From Clostridia bacterium (GTDB lineage: Bacteria > Bacillota > Clostridia > Oscillospirales > CAG-272), in NCBI GenBank assembly GCA_017502875.1, contig JAFVUF010000012.1:168952-232951 (forward strand): a stretch of 64,000 nucleotides of DNA, read 5' to 3'. Below are positions 36,730 through 45,666 of the stretch, piece by piece. The number at the start of each line of letters is the position of its first letter. The stretch's first letter is position 1. The notes below the pieces were generated by a model, which saw only the letters and a program-made list of their open reading frames with translations, made no database searches and was not told the DNA's origin. Position numbers and translations under genes: made by a program.

Positions 36730-37767
36730 ATGAAAAAATTCTTTACCCTGAAATACTTTACTTTGGTTCTTGTCGCCTCGCTTGGCTTGACGGCGCTTGC
36801 CGTTTTTCTGGCAAACGACGCCTTTGCGCTCACCGCCCCCGACGGAGAGGCGGAGATTATCATACCGCCCGATTGCTCTAAATCCGAGCTTGCGGACACG
36901 TTAAAGGAAAACGGGCTTATAAAAAGTAAGCTTTGGTTTAATACCTACCTCGCGCTCCGTGGCAAAAGCCTGAATGTCGAGGCGGACACCTACTTGGTTC
37001 CCTACGGAAGCGGCTTTGACGGCATAGTCCGTATTCTGACCTACGGAAGCCCCGACTCGCACGTGCAGGTGCGCGTGGTTATCCCCGAGGGCAGCAGTAT
37101 CGAGAATGTTATGGAGATAATCTGCGATAAGTACGGTATCTGCGAAAGAGCCGAATTTACCGACGCGGTACAAAACGGCGATTTCTCAAAATATAGCTTT
37201 GTTTCCGCACCTTCATCTAACCCGCAGGGCAGAAAATACCGACTTGAAGGCTATCTCTACCCCGACACCTATTGCTTTTACTCGGACAGCTCGGCGTATA
37301 CGGTAATTGATAAAATGCTGTCCAATTTTAACTCTAAATTCGATAAAAAATATCTTGCCGCGTGCGAAAAACAGGGTATGACCGTAAATGAGGCGGTTAC
37401 GCTCGCCTCGATAATTATCCGCGAGGGAAAATACGTCTCGGATTACGGCAAAATCTCGTCCGTTTTCCATAACAGACTGAAAAGCCCGTCCTTTTCGGGC
37501 AGACTTCAAAGCGACGCCACCCTCGTCTATGCGCTCGGCAGAGAAATGCAGCCCGAGGATAAGGAGCTTGACTGCCCCTATAACACCTACAAATACGGCG
37601 GTCTGCCGCCCTCTCCCATCTGCTCCCCCGACCTCAACGCCATTTCCTACGCAATCTACCCCGATAGCACCCGATATTACTATTTCGTTACTAAAAAGGA
37701 CGGCTCCGTCCTTTACGCCCATGATTATTACACCCATCAGCAAAATATAAGAAAAGCAACCGCGTGA
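36730..37767 (+). CDS. mltG: Endolytic murein transglycosylase MltG (YceG-like)
   Basis: N-terminal TM, YceG-like motifs (EGYLYPDTY, ASIIIREG, NTYKYGGLPPSPI). Confidence 0.88.
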   Translation: MKKFFTLKYFTLVLVASLGLTALAVFLANDAFALTAPDGEAEIIIPPDCSKSELADTLKENGLIKSKLWFNTYLALRGKSLNVEADTYLVPYGSGFDGIVRILTYGSPDSHVQVRVVIPEGSSIENVMEIICDKYGICERAEFTDAVQNGDFSKYSFVSAPSSNPQGRKYRLEGYLYPDTYCFYSDSSAYTVIDKMLSNFNSKFDKKYLAACEKQGMTVNEAVTLASIIIREGKYVSDYGKISSVFHNRLKSPSFSGRLQSDATLVYALGREMQPEDKELDCPYNTYKYGGLPPSPICSPDLNAISYAIYPDSTRYYYFVTKKDGSVLYAHDYYTHQQNIRKATA

Positions 37768-37772
37768 GTAAA

Positions 37773-37981
37773 GGGGATACGCGCTTTATGGTGGCGCATA
37801 GCGTTAATGCGCGCCTTAAATTCAATTGCGCCACCATCGAATATTTTTCTTGGTCGGAGCGACCAAGCTTTTGCGCTAAACGGCAAAAGACAAAATATTC
37901 CCATAATCTGTGTAGCCTCCGCTGCGCAAAAGCTTCTGTATACTCGGTCTCCCGCACACGTACGGGACTCCGAGTATATAG
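37773..37981 (+). repeat. Family-B repeat B15 with nested insertions, head-first; 6 nt after the mltG stop
   Basis: GGGGATACGCGCTTT interrupted by a 60-nt palindromic unit (ATGGTGGCGC..GCGCCACCAT, 37788-37847); resumes ..GCTGCGCAAAAGCTTCTGTATA plus hairpin CTCGGTCTCCCG../..CGGGACTCCGAG plus TATATAG. Confidence 0.8.
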
Positions 37982-38110
37982 CTCTGCGAATTTCACTTGA
38001 ATAGTGTACTCCCTTAATCACAAGAAGCTTTGTTCTATAATAACTCACATTATATTTTGAAATTAATACAGATTGATATGCAATATGCCGTTTTTGAACA
38101 ACCCCCAGAA

Positions 38111-38194
38111 TTATATAATCGGCGTTCCGTGCTTGTACGGTGCGGCGATTATACAGAAGTTTTGCGGAGCTTTTTCAAAAGCGACCGTATCCCC
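38111..38194 (-). repeat. Family-B repeat B16, tail-first; head ~36 nt before the U32 start
   Basis: TTATATAATCGGCGTTCCGT..ACGGTGCGGCGATTATACAGAAGTTTTGCGGAGCTTTTTCAAAAGCGACCGTATCCCC. Confidence 0.85.
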
Positions 38195-38238
38195 TATCAA
38201 AACGTTATTAATCCTCAAAATACATAAGGATGATTACT

Positions 38239-39480
38239 ATGACAAAACCTGAAATTTTAGCGCCTGCGGGCAATTTTGAGAAATTAAAGAGCGCCGTAGC
38301 GTTTGGCGCGGACGCGGTATACCTTGCGGGCATAAGCTTCGGAATGAGAAGCGCCGCGGGAAACTTTACCGCCGAGGAGCTGCCCCTTGCGGCAAAATAC
38401 TGCCACGAGCGAGGCGTAAAGCTTTACGTTACAGTCAACACCATGCCCAGAACAAACGAATACGAAAGACTTGAAGCGCACCTGAAAACGCTTGAAGCGG
38501 CAGGCGTTGACGCCCTTATCATCTCCGACCTTGGCGTATTTATGACGGCAAAGGAGGTCGTGCCGAATATGACTCTGCACGTCTCCACACAAGCAAGCGT
38601 GGTCAGCGCCCGAACCTGCGCCGAATGGTACAAGCTCGGCGCAAAAAGAATAATTCTGGCAAGGGAGCTTTCTCTTGACGAGATAAAGGAGATACGGGCG
38701 AAGATACCGAAGGAGCTTGAGCTTGAAGCATTCGTCCACGGCTCGATGTGCGTGGCGTACAGCGGACGGTGTCTGCTCTCTAACTACCTCACGGGCAGGG
38801 ACGCCAACCGAGGCGCGTGCGCTCAGCCGTGCCGTTGGGAATACAAGATGTATACGGCAGAAATCGAGGAGGTCAAGCGAAAGGACGAGCGACTTGTCAT
38901 GATTGAGGAGGGCGGCGAAACGTTCACGTTCAGCTCGCGCGACCTGTGTATGATAGAGCATATCCCGGAGCTTGCGGAAAGCGGACTTTCCTGCCTTAAA
39001 ATCGAGGGCAGAATGAAGAGCGCCTGCTACGTCGGCGCGGTAACAAACGCCTACCGAATGGCGCTGGACAGTTACTTTTCCGACCCCGCGGGTTACGTCT
39101 ACGACGAAAAATGGCTTGACGAGCTTGAAAGCGTATGCCACCGTCAGTACTGTACAGGCTTCTTCTTTGGCGAGACAGTCGATACGGCAAAGGTCTGCGC
39201 CCAGCCCGGCTACATAAAGGAGCAGGCGGCGCTCGGCGTATGCGTTGGCTACGACAGCGAAAGGCAGCTCGCCCACTTCACCCAGAAGAACAAATTTTCG
39301 GCAGGCGAAGCCGTGGAGCTGCTCGTTCCCGGCAAGACCGCAGTGTCCTTCAAGGCTGACAAAATCTACGGCGAAAAGGGCGAGGAAATCGAAAGCACTC
39401 CCCACCCGATGATGAAATTCTCAATCCACGTACCCTTCCCCGTACCCGAGCAGTCGATTCTAAGGTACGCAAAATCTTAA
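38239..39480 (+). CDS. Peptidase U32 family protein
   Basis: PEILAPAGNFEKLKSAVAFGADAVYLAG and U32 core; start at second ATG (RBS AAGGA); ATG 38230 is possible. Confidence 0.85.
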   Translation: MTKPEILAPAGNFEKLKSAVAFGADAVYLAGISFGMRSAAGNFTAEELPLAAKYCHERGVKLYVTVNTMPRTNEYERLEAHLKTLEAAGVDALIISDLGVFMTAKEVVPNMTLHVSTQASVVSARTCAEWYKLGAKRIILARELSLDEIKEIRAKIPKELELEAFVHGSMCVAYSGRCLLSNYLTGRDANRGACAQPCRWEYKMYTAEIEEVKRKDERLVMIEEGGETFTFSSRDLCMIEHIPELAESGLSCLKIEGRMKSACYVGAVTNAYRMALDSYFSDPAGYVYDEKWLDELESVCHRQYCTGFFFGETVDTAKVCAQPGYIKEQAALGVCVGYDSERQLAHFTQKNKFSAGEAVELLVPGKTAVSFKADKIYGEKGEEIESTPHPMMKFSIHVPFPVPEQSILRYAKS

Positions 39481-39528
39481 AGCTAAGCTAAAAAGCTTTC
39501 AAACAACATATAAAAGGAAACTACGCTT

Positions 39529-40866
39529 ATGCAAAACATTACCGAATACGTAAACGGACTCTGCGCCGAGGTCAAAACGGCGCAAAAGGCTCTTGCGCTC
39601 GCAAAAGCAAGCGAAAAAAACGGCGCGCTCCTGAAAATCGCCGAGGCGCTCAGAGAAAGCAAAGCCGAGATACTTAAAGCAAATGAGCAGGACATATCCT
39701 CAGCCTCGGAAAACGGCGTTCCGAAAACAATGATTGACCGACTGACCTTAACCGAGGCGAGAATTGACGCCATTGCTGACTCGCTTCTTGACGTGGCGGC
39801 TCTGCCCGACCCTTGCGGAAACGGCTCTGTTTCAGTCCGTCCAAACGGACTGAAAATAACAAAAACGAGTGTTCCGCTAGGCGTTATCGGTATCATTTAC
39901 GAGGCTCGCCCCAACGTTACGGTTGACGCCGCGGCGCTCTGCCTCAAAAGCGGAAACGGCGCCGTTTTGAAGGGCGGCAAGGAGGCGCTTAACACCAACC
40001 GCGCGCTTATGAGCGTTATGAAAAGGGCGCTTAATCGCACCCGTATTCCGCCAAACGCCATTTCTCTCATCGACAGCGCTGAACGCACGGCAACCGCGGC
40101 GCTTATGAACGCCAGAGGTTTGATTGACGTGCTTATCCCCAGAGGCGGCAAGGGTCTTATCAAGGCGGTAGTGGAAAACGCCGCCGTTCCGGTCATTGAG
40201 ACGGGAGCCGGCAACTGCCATATCTATATCGACGAAAGCGCCGATCTAAAAAAAGCGCTCGCTGTCGCGGTAAACGCAAAAATGTCTCGTCCCTCGGTCT
40301 GCAACGCCGTTGAGACTATGCTCGTTCACGAAGCCGTAGCGGAGAAATTTTTGCCTATGTTCGCAAGGGAAACCGAGGGCAAGCTTGAAATTCGCGGCTG
40401 CAAAAAGACCGTTTCAATTATTAGAGGTTCGATGGAAGTATCGTACAGGGCACCCACATTAGCTGAAAATTCACTACAAACGCCGTCTGTAGCGGTGTCG
40501 CCGTTGCGACAGGGTGCGATAGAAGCCACCGAGCAGGACTACGACACCGAGTTTAACGACTACGTTTTGGCGGTCAGGGTTGTTTGCTCGCTTGACGAGG
40601 CTATCGAGCATATCAGACGCTATTCAACGGGACACAGCGAGGCAATAATTACCGAAAATATTGCTTGTGCGCGTAAGTTCACCGAAAGCATAGACTGCGC
40701 GGCGGTCTACGTCAACGCCTCCACCCGCTTTACCGACGGAGGTGAATTCGGCTTTGGCGCCGAGATAGGCATTTCCACCCAGAAGCTTCACGCCCGCGGA
40801 CCTATGGGTCTAAGCGAGCTTACCACCGTCAAATATATCGTCGAGGGCGACGGTCAAATACGGTGA
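39529..40866 (+). CDS. proA: Glutamate-5-semialdehyde dehydrogenase (gamma-glutamyl phosphate reductase)
   Basis: 445 aa; ProA-like throughout (catalytic region SRPSVCNAVETMLVH); carries a ~29-aa extra segment between ..EIRGC.. and ATEQDYDTEF. Confidence 0.92.
   Translation: MQNITEYVNGLCAEVKTAQKALALAKASEKNGALLKIAEALRESKAEILKANEQDISSASENGVPKTMIDRLTLTEARIDAIADSLLDVAALPDPCGNGSVSVRPNGLKITKTSVPLGVIGIIYEARPNVTVDAAALCLKSGNGAVLKGGKEALNTNRALMSVMKRALNRTRIPPNAISLIDSAERTATAALMNARGLIDVLIPRGGKGLIKAVVENAAVPVIETGAGNCHIYIDESADLKKALAVAVNAKMSRPSVCNAVETMLVHEAVAEKFLPMFARETEGKLEIRGCKKTVSIIRGSMEVSYRAPTLAENSLQTPSVAVSPLRQGAIEATEQDYDTEFNDYVLAVRVVCSLDEAIEHIRRYSTGHSEAIITENIACARKFTESIDCAAVYVNASTRFTDGGEFGFGAEIGISTQKLHARGPMGLSELTTVKYIVEGDGQIR
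40426..40519 (-). repeat. Family-C intragenic element, reverse orientation, in-frame inside proA
   Basis: Reverse complement reads TCGCACCC TGTCGCAACGGCGACACCGCTACAGACGGCGTTTGTAGTGAATTTTCAGCTAATG..CCATCGAACC, colinear with the mnmG/ftsK copies over the first ~65 nt. Confidence 0.75.
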
Positions 40867-40883
40867 ATTAACAGTTCCTGAAT

Positions 40884-41000
40884 GGAGATACGCGCTTTCT
40901 TGCAAGAAAGCTGCGCAAAGAACTCTTTTACACCGACAGTCTCATAATTTTGTGAAATTTTTTCGCTCAGCTATGTGAGACTGTCAGTGTAAAAGATAAC
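40884..41000 (+). repeat. Family-B repeat B17, head-first; ~18 nt after the proA stop
   Basis: GGAGATACGCGCTTTCTTGCAAGAAAGCTGCGCAAAGAACTCTTTTACACCGACAGTCTCA..TGAGACTGTCAGTGTAAAAGATAAC. Confidence 0.9.
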
Positions 41001-41070
41001 TTTGTAAAGTATCTTTTAAAAAATAAGTATTCCACTCAGGAATTATTACTACACGAGAAATTTGAGAAGT

Positions 41071-41724
41071 ATGTCAAAAATTAAAATCATCTACAAAAGC
41101 AGCGACATAGCCGTCGTTGAAAAGCCCTACGGAACGCTTTCTCAGCGCGACGCCAAGGGCGAGGACGGGCTTGTCGAGATGCTTTCAAGGCAATTAAATA
41201 CCGCGGTCTACCCCGTTCACCGTCTTGACCGCAACGTCGGCGGAGTTATGGTGTTCGCTCTTACAAAAAGGGCGGCGGCTCAGCTTTCCGTCGAGAACGC
41301 CTTTGAAAAAAACTATCTTGCCGTAGCTACGGGCGTTTCTGACGGATTTGCCGATACGGGTGAGATGACCGACTATCTCTTTAAGGACGGCGCCAAGGGT
41401 AAAAGCTTCGTCGTAAAGGGTGAACGCAAGGGCGCAAAGCTCGCCCGTCTTGCCTATGAGATACTTTCCACCGTCGAAACAGAGCAGGGCAGACTGACGC
41501 TTTTCAAAATACGGCTCTTTACGGGCAGAACTCACCAGATAAGAGTACAACTCGCTTCAAGAGGTATGCCGCTTGTCGGAGACGGAAAATACGGCAGCAG
41601 GATAAAGAGCGAAAGCATTGCGCTTTGGTCTAATAAAATCAAGTTGAACGCACCCGTAAACGCCGAAAAATCGGTTTTTGAAGCTCTGCCGAGCGAAAAC
41701 GAGTGGTTTAAGCTATTTATTTGA
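41071..41724 (+). CDS. RluA-family pseudouridine synthase
   Basis: HRLDRNVGGVMVFA catalytic motif, GRTHQIRVQLA; start at ATG 41071 (MSKIKI). Confidence 0.85.
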   Translation: MSKIKIIYKSSDIAVVEKPYGTLSQRDAKGEDGLVEMLSRQLNTAVYPVHRLDRNVGGVMVFALTKRAAAQLSVENAFEKNYLAVATGVSDGFADTGEMTDYLFKDGAKGKSFVVKGERKGAKLARLAYEILSTVETEQGRLTLFKIRLFTGRTHQIRVQLASRGMPLVGDGKYGSRIKSESIALWSNKIKLNAPVNAEKSVFEALPSENEWFKLFI

Positions 41725-41762
41725 AAATAATAAAATACATATAAAAAAGGAAGAAAACCGTT

Positions 41763-42752
41763 ATGAACCTGAAAGGAAGAAGCTTTTTAAAGCTTATCGA
41801 CTACACCCCTGAGGAGATTGAATACTTAATCGACCTCGCCGCAGACCTCAAAGCAAAGAAAAAGTCGGGAATTCCCGTTTTTGATATGCACAGAGGCAAG
41901 AACATCGTTCTCATTTTCGAGAAAACCAGCACCCGTACCCGCTGCTCCTTTGAGGTAGCGGCGCACGACCTCGGCATTACTACCACCTATCTTGACCCCG
42001 CAGGCTCGCAGGTTGGCAAAAAGGAGAGCATTGCGGACACCGCGAGAGTTCTGGGCAGAATGTACGACGGAATTGAGTACAGGGGCTTCGGTCAGGAATT
42101 GGTCGAGGAGCTTGCTAAACATGCGGGCGTTCCCGTTTGGAACGGTCTGACAAACGAATTCCACCCCACTCAGATACTTGCCGATTTCTTAACGATTCGC
42201 GAGCGCTTCGGTAAACTTAAAGGCATAAATTTTGTTTATATGGGCGACGCCCGTTACAATATGGGTAACTCCCTTATGGTCGGCTGCGCCAAGATGGGAC
42301 TGAACTTCACCGCCTGCGCCCCGAAGAAATACTTCCCCGACCCCGCCCTTATCAAGCTCTGCGAGGGCTACGCCAAGGAAAGCGGCGCGACTCTGCGCTT
42401 CATCGAGGAGCCAACCGAGGCAGTAAAGGGCGCAGACGTCATCTACACGGACGTCTGGGTGTCGATGGGAGAGCCTATCGAGGTCTGGGAGCAACGTATT
42501 AACGACCTCGGCGCGTACCAGGTCAACCGCGCGCTTATGGACGCTACATCTAACCCGCAATGCGTATTTATGCACTGTCTGCCCGCATTCCACGACTTAA
42601 AAACCAAGGTCGGCGCGGAGATGTGCGCCAAGTTCGGCAGAACCGAAATGGAGGTTACCGACGAGGTATTCGAAAGCCCGGCGTCCATTGTTTTCGACGA
42701 GGCTGAAAACCGTATGCACACGATAAAGGCGGTTATCGCCGCTACATTATAG
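41763..42752 (+). CDS. argF: Ornithine carbamoyltransferase
   Basis: [24 protein letters not shown] motifs. Confidence 0.93.
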   Translation: MNLKGRSFLKLIDYTPEEIEYLIDLAADLKAKKKSGIPVFDMHRGKNIVLIFEKTSTRTRCSFEVAAHDLGITTTYLDPAGSQVGKKESIADTARVLGRMYDGIEYRGFGQELVEELAKHAGVPVWNGLTNEFHPTQILADFLTIRERFGKLKGINFVYMGDARYNMGNSLMVGCAKMGLNFTACAPKKYFPDPALIKLCEGYAKESGATLRFIEEPTEAVKGADVIYTDVWVSMGEPIEVWEQRINDLGAYQVNRALMDATSNPQCVFMHCLPAFHDLKTKVGAEMCAKFGRTEMEVTDEVFESPASIVFDEAENRMHTIKAVIAATL

Positions 42753-42916
42753 GAAAGTTTTGGTCGAGCTTTTTTAAAAGCTCGCGCCATCAAGGGCGCG
42801 CGCCCTTGTCGCTCGTCGCAACGAGCGAAACACCCCTACGACCTTTTCTTTTTGTTACTTTTTCTTTGGGGTCTGCTACTGACCAAAGAAAAAGTCATTA
42901 CGGCACAGACGTAACC
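42753..42916 (-). repeat. Family-A partial repeat A7, starting right after the argF stop
   Basis: GAAAGTTTTGGTCGAGCTTTTTTAAAAGCTCG; ATCAAGGGCGCGCGCCCTTGTC; GCTCGTCGCAACGAGCGAAA; CTTTGGGGTCTGCTACTGACCAAAG; GTCATTACGGCACAGACGTAAC. Confidence 0.85.
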
Positions 42917-42961
42917 CGAAATTGCATCACGTTCTGATACAAAACTGTCAGGAGACCACAT

Positions 42962-44110
42962 ATGAAACAAATAGTCAACGCAAAAATCGTTACATCAAGC
43001 GGGATAATCGAGGGAAAAGCTCTCGTTTTCGGCGAGCGCATAGAAGCAATCCTCGATTCTCCCTCGGAAAACGCCGAAACCGTGGACGCAAAGGGAAATT
43101 ACGTAATTCCCGGTCTTATCGACCTTCATATCCACGGCTATAACGGCTACGACGCCATTGACGGAACCGAGGAGGCTATCGAAAAGATGGCTGAGGGAGT
43201 CATTAAAAACGGCGTAACGGCGTTTCTGCCCACCACCCTCACCGTATCCTACGACACGCTTGAAAGGGCGTTTGATTGCGCCCGTAACGTAAGAAACCGC
43301 CAAATTTCCGACGCCGAATACGCCGCTAAGGGCGCAACTGTACTTGGTATGCACGCCGAGGGGCCGTACGTAAACGAAAGCAAGAAGGGCGCGCAGAACG
43401 CAAGCTACATAAAAAAGCCCGACTTCGATTTCGTAAAGAAGCATTCGGACATAATAAAGCTGATAACACTCGCGCCCGAGACCGACGAGGGCTTTGAGGC
43501 GATAAGGAAAATAACGGGCGAAACGGACGTAGTAGTCTCTGCGGGGCACACCAACGCCGATTTCGATACCATGCAGGCGGCAATCGACGCGGGCGTAACC
43601 CACGGCACGCACCTTTTCAACGCCATGAGCGCCTTTTCACACCGAGCGCCCGGCGGAACAGGAGCGCTTCTGTTCTCCGACAAGGTCAGCTGCGAGCTTA
43701 TCTGCGACGGCGTACACGTCCACCCCGCGTGGTTCAAGCCCGTTTTCGCTATCAAAGGCAGAAAGCTCAACCTCATCACCGACTGTCTGAGCGCCTGCGG
43801 TCTGCCAAACGGAAAATACGAGCTTGGCGGCCAGAGCTTTGACCTTAACGGAATTGAGTGCAGGCTGCCCGACGGCACTATTGCGGGAAGCGTTTTAAAG
43901 CTTAACCAAGCGGTCTATAACCTTTACAAAAACGGCGTTCCGCTTCACGAGGCGGTGAACTGCGCTTCTCTTTACCCCGCCGAGACGCTCGGTATTCAGG
44001 GCGAAAGAGGTGAAATTAAGGCGGGACTTTTGGCGGATATCTGTATCTGCTCGCCCGAAATGGACGTCATAAAGGTGTTCAAGGGCGGAAGACTGTGTGT
44101 TTCGGTTTAA
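42962..44110 (+). CDS. nagA: N-acetylglucosamine-6-phosphate deacetylase
   Basis: IDLHIHGYNGYD, HLFNAMS motifs; amidohydrolase fold. Confidence 0.9.
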   Translation: MKQIVNAKIVTSSGIIEGKALVFGERIEAILDSPSENAETVDAKGNYVIPGLIDLHIHGYNGYDAIDGTEEAIEKMAEGVIKNGVTAFLPTTLTVSYDTLERAFDCARNVRNRQISDAEYAAKGATVLGMHAEGPYVNESKKGAQNASYIKKPDFDFVKKHSDIIKLITLAPETDEGFEAIRKITGETDVVVSAGHTNADFDTMQAAIDAGVTHGTHLFNAMSAFSHRAPGGTGALLFSDKVSCELICDGVHVHPAWFKPVFAIKGRKLNLITDCLSACGLPNGKYELGGQSFDLNGIECRLPDGTIAGSVLKLNQAVYNLYKNGVPLHEAVNCASLYPAETLGIQGERGEIKAGLLADICICSPEMDVIKVFKGGRLCVSV

Positions 44111-44125
44111 TAATCCCAAAATATA

Positions 44126-44154
44126 TTGATTTTTTTATGAATATGTGATATAAT
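44126..44154 (+). promoter_or_regulatory. Sigma-A-type promoter
   Basis: TTGATT, 17-nt spacer, TATAAT. Confidence 0.55.
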
Positions 44155-44190
44155 ATACAAAATTTGAAGACATCAGTCAGGAGAAAAAAC

Positions 44191-45549
44191 GTGGAACAGT
44201 CAAAAAGAAGCTCTTTTACGGGCAAGATAGGCTTTGTTCTTGCCGCAGCGGGCTCGGCGGTAGGACTTGGTAACATCTGGCGATTTCCCTATCTCGCCGC
44301 GAAATACGGAGGGGGAATTTTCCTTCTCGTATATATAATCCTTTCAGTTACCTTCGGCTTTTCGCTTATGATAGCCGAAATAACTATCGGAAGAAAAACT
44401 CAGCTAAGCCCCGTTGAAGCCTATAAATCGCTTGATAAGCGCTTCTCGTTTATCGGATATTTATCCGCTATCGTGCCTATGCTTATTCTCCCCTACTACT
44501 CCGTTATCGGAGGCTGGGTAATGAAATACGCGTTTTCGTTTACGCTCGGTCAGGGCAGCGATATGGCAAACGGCTCGTTCTTTACGGGCTTTATCGGCAA
44601 AGCAGGCGAGCCTATACTGTGGTTTGCTATCTTTGTAGCTCTTACCGCGGGGGTTATCTTTCTCGGCGTGCAAAAGGGTATTGAAAAGGTGAGCAAGATA
44701 ATGATGCCCGCGCTGGTAGTGCTTATGCTCTTTATCGTTATCTATTCGCTCTGCACCGTTGACGGAGCGCTTGACGGCGTGCTGTATTATATCACCCCCG
44801 ACTTTTCAAAGTTCTCGGTGATGACGGTGGTCGCCGCCATGGGTCAGCTTTTCTACTCAATGTCGCTGGCGATGGGCATTATGATAACCTTCGGCTCGTA
44901 TATGAAGAAGGAAATTAGCATTGAAAAATCCACCCACCAGATAGAGATTTTCGATACGGGTATAGCGTTCCTTGCGGGACTTATGATAGTTCCCGTGTGC
45001 GTGGCGACGGACCCGAATAACCTCACCGCAGGCCCCAGCCTTATGTTCATTACCATGCCGAAAATATTTGACGGAATGCCCGCGGGCAACGTAATAGGAG
45101 CTATTTTCTTCCTTATGGTGCTTTTGGCCGCGCTCACCTCGTCTATTTCCCTTATGGAAACCGTCGTATCCACCATTCAGGACAAATGGCGTCTCAGCCG
45201 TAACGTCTCCTGCTTCACCGTAATCGGAATAAGCATTACGCTCGGACTTCTCTCCTGCTTCGGATTTAGCATCTGGTCGGGCTTCAAGCCTCTCGGTCTT
45301 GATGATATCCTCACCTTCTTCGACTTCTTAACCAACAGCGTAATGATGCCGATAATCGCGCTTTCTACCAGCATTTTCATAGGCTACTTCTTAAAGCCGA
45401 AGGCTGTTATCGACGAGGTGGAGCTTAATGGCAACAAGCTGAGCTTAAAGGGTATGTTCTCCGTTATTATCCGATATATAGCGCCTGTAATGCTTTTGAT
45501 AATTCTCGTTTCGTCCGTTCTCGACGGCTTCGGAATTATAAATATCTGA
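44191..45549 (+). CDS. Sodium-dependent transporter, SNF (neurotransmitter:sodium symporter) family
   Basis: GLGNIWRFPYLAAKYGGG motif, ~12 TM; GTG start at 44191 after RBS AGGAGA (track start 44164 is TTG). Confidence 0.85.
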   Translation: MEQSKRSSFTGKIGFVLAAAGSAVGLGNIWRFPYLAAKYGGGIFLLVYIILSVTFGFSLMIAEITIGRKTQLSPVEAYKSLDKRFSFIGYLSAIVPMLILPYYSVIGGWVMKYAFSFTLGQGSDMANGSFFTGFIGKAGEPILWFAIFVALTAGVIFLGVQKGIEKVSKIMMPALVVLMLFIVIYSLCTVDGALDGVLYYITPDFSKFSVMTVVAAMGQLFYSMSLAMGIMITFGSYMKKEISIEKSTHQIEIFDTGIAFLAGLMIVPVCVATDPNNLTAGPSLMFITMPKIFDGMPAGNVIGAIFFLMVLLAALTSSISLMETVVSTIQDKWRLSRNVSCFTVIGISITLGLLSCFGFSIWSGFKPLGLDDILTFFDFLTNSVMMPIIALSTSIFIGYFLKPKAVIDEVELNGNKLSLKGMFSVIIRYIAPVMLLIILVSSVLDGFGIINI

Positions 45550-45595
45550 TAGAAAATCAAGAGGCTTGGTCGGTAAAAAACATCGATCAAGCCTC

Positions 45596-45624
45596 TTGCA
45601 AAAAATATACTGTTATGCTATAAT
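45596..45624 (+). promoter_or_regulatory. Sigma-A-type promoter
   Basis: TTGCAA, 17-nt spacer, TATAAT. Confidence 0.55.
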
Positions 45625-45666
45625 AAAGTTTATGTTATAATGAACAACAGAAAGGATTTTCTTAAT

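Noticed and set aside
38284-39405. A 373-aa ORF antisense to the U32 peptidase gene. Similar long antisense ORFs occur at 5739-6743, 2722-3306, 42995-43612, 33717-34466 and 15261-15887.
   Set aside because: Each lies fully inside a well-supported conserved gene on the other strand. Each has Arg/Leu/Val/Ala-rich composition typical of antisense frames and lacks an RBS or recognisable domains.
45558-45598. Hairpin CAAGAGGCTTGGTCG..CGATCAAGCCTCTTG after the SNF transporter gene, considered as an intrinsic terminator.
   Set aside because: The stem is good but it is followed by an A-run, not a U-run, on the coding strand. I left it uncalled, and it overlaps the -35 of the next promoter.
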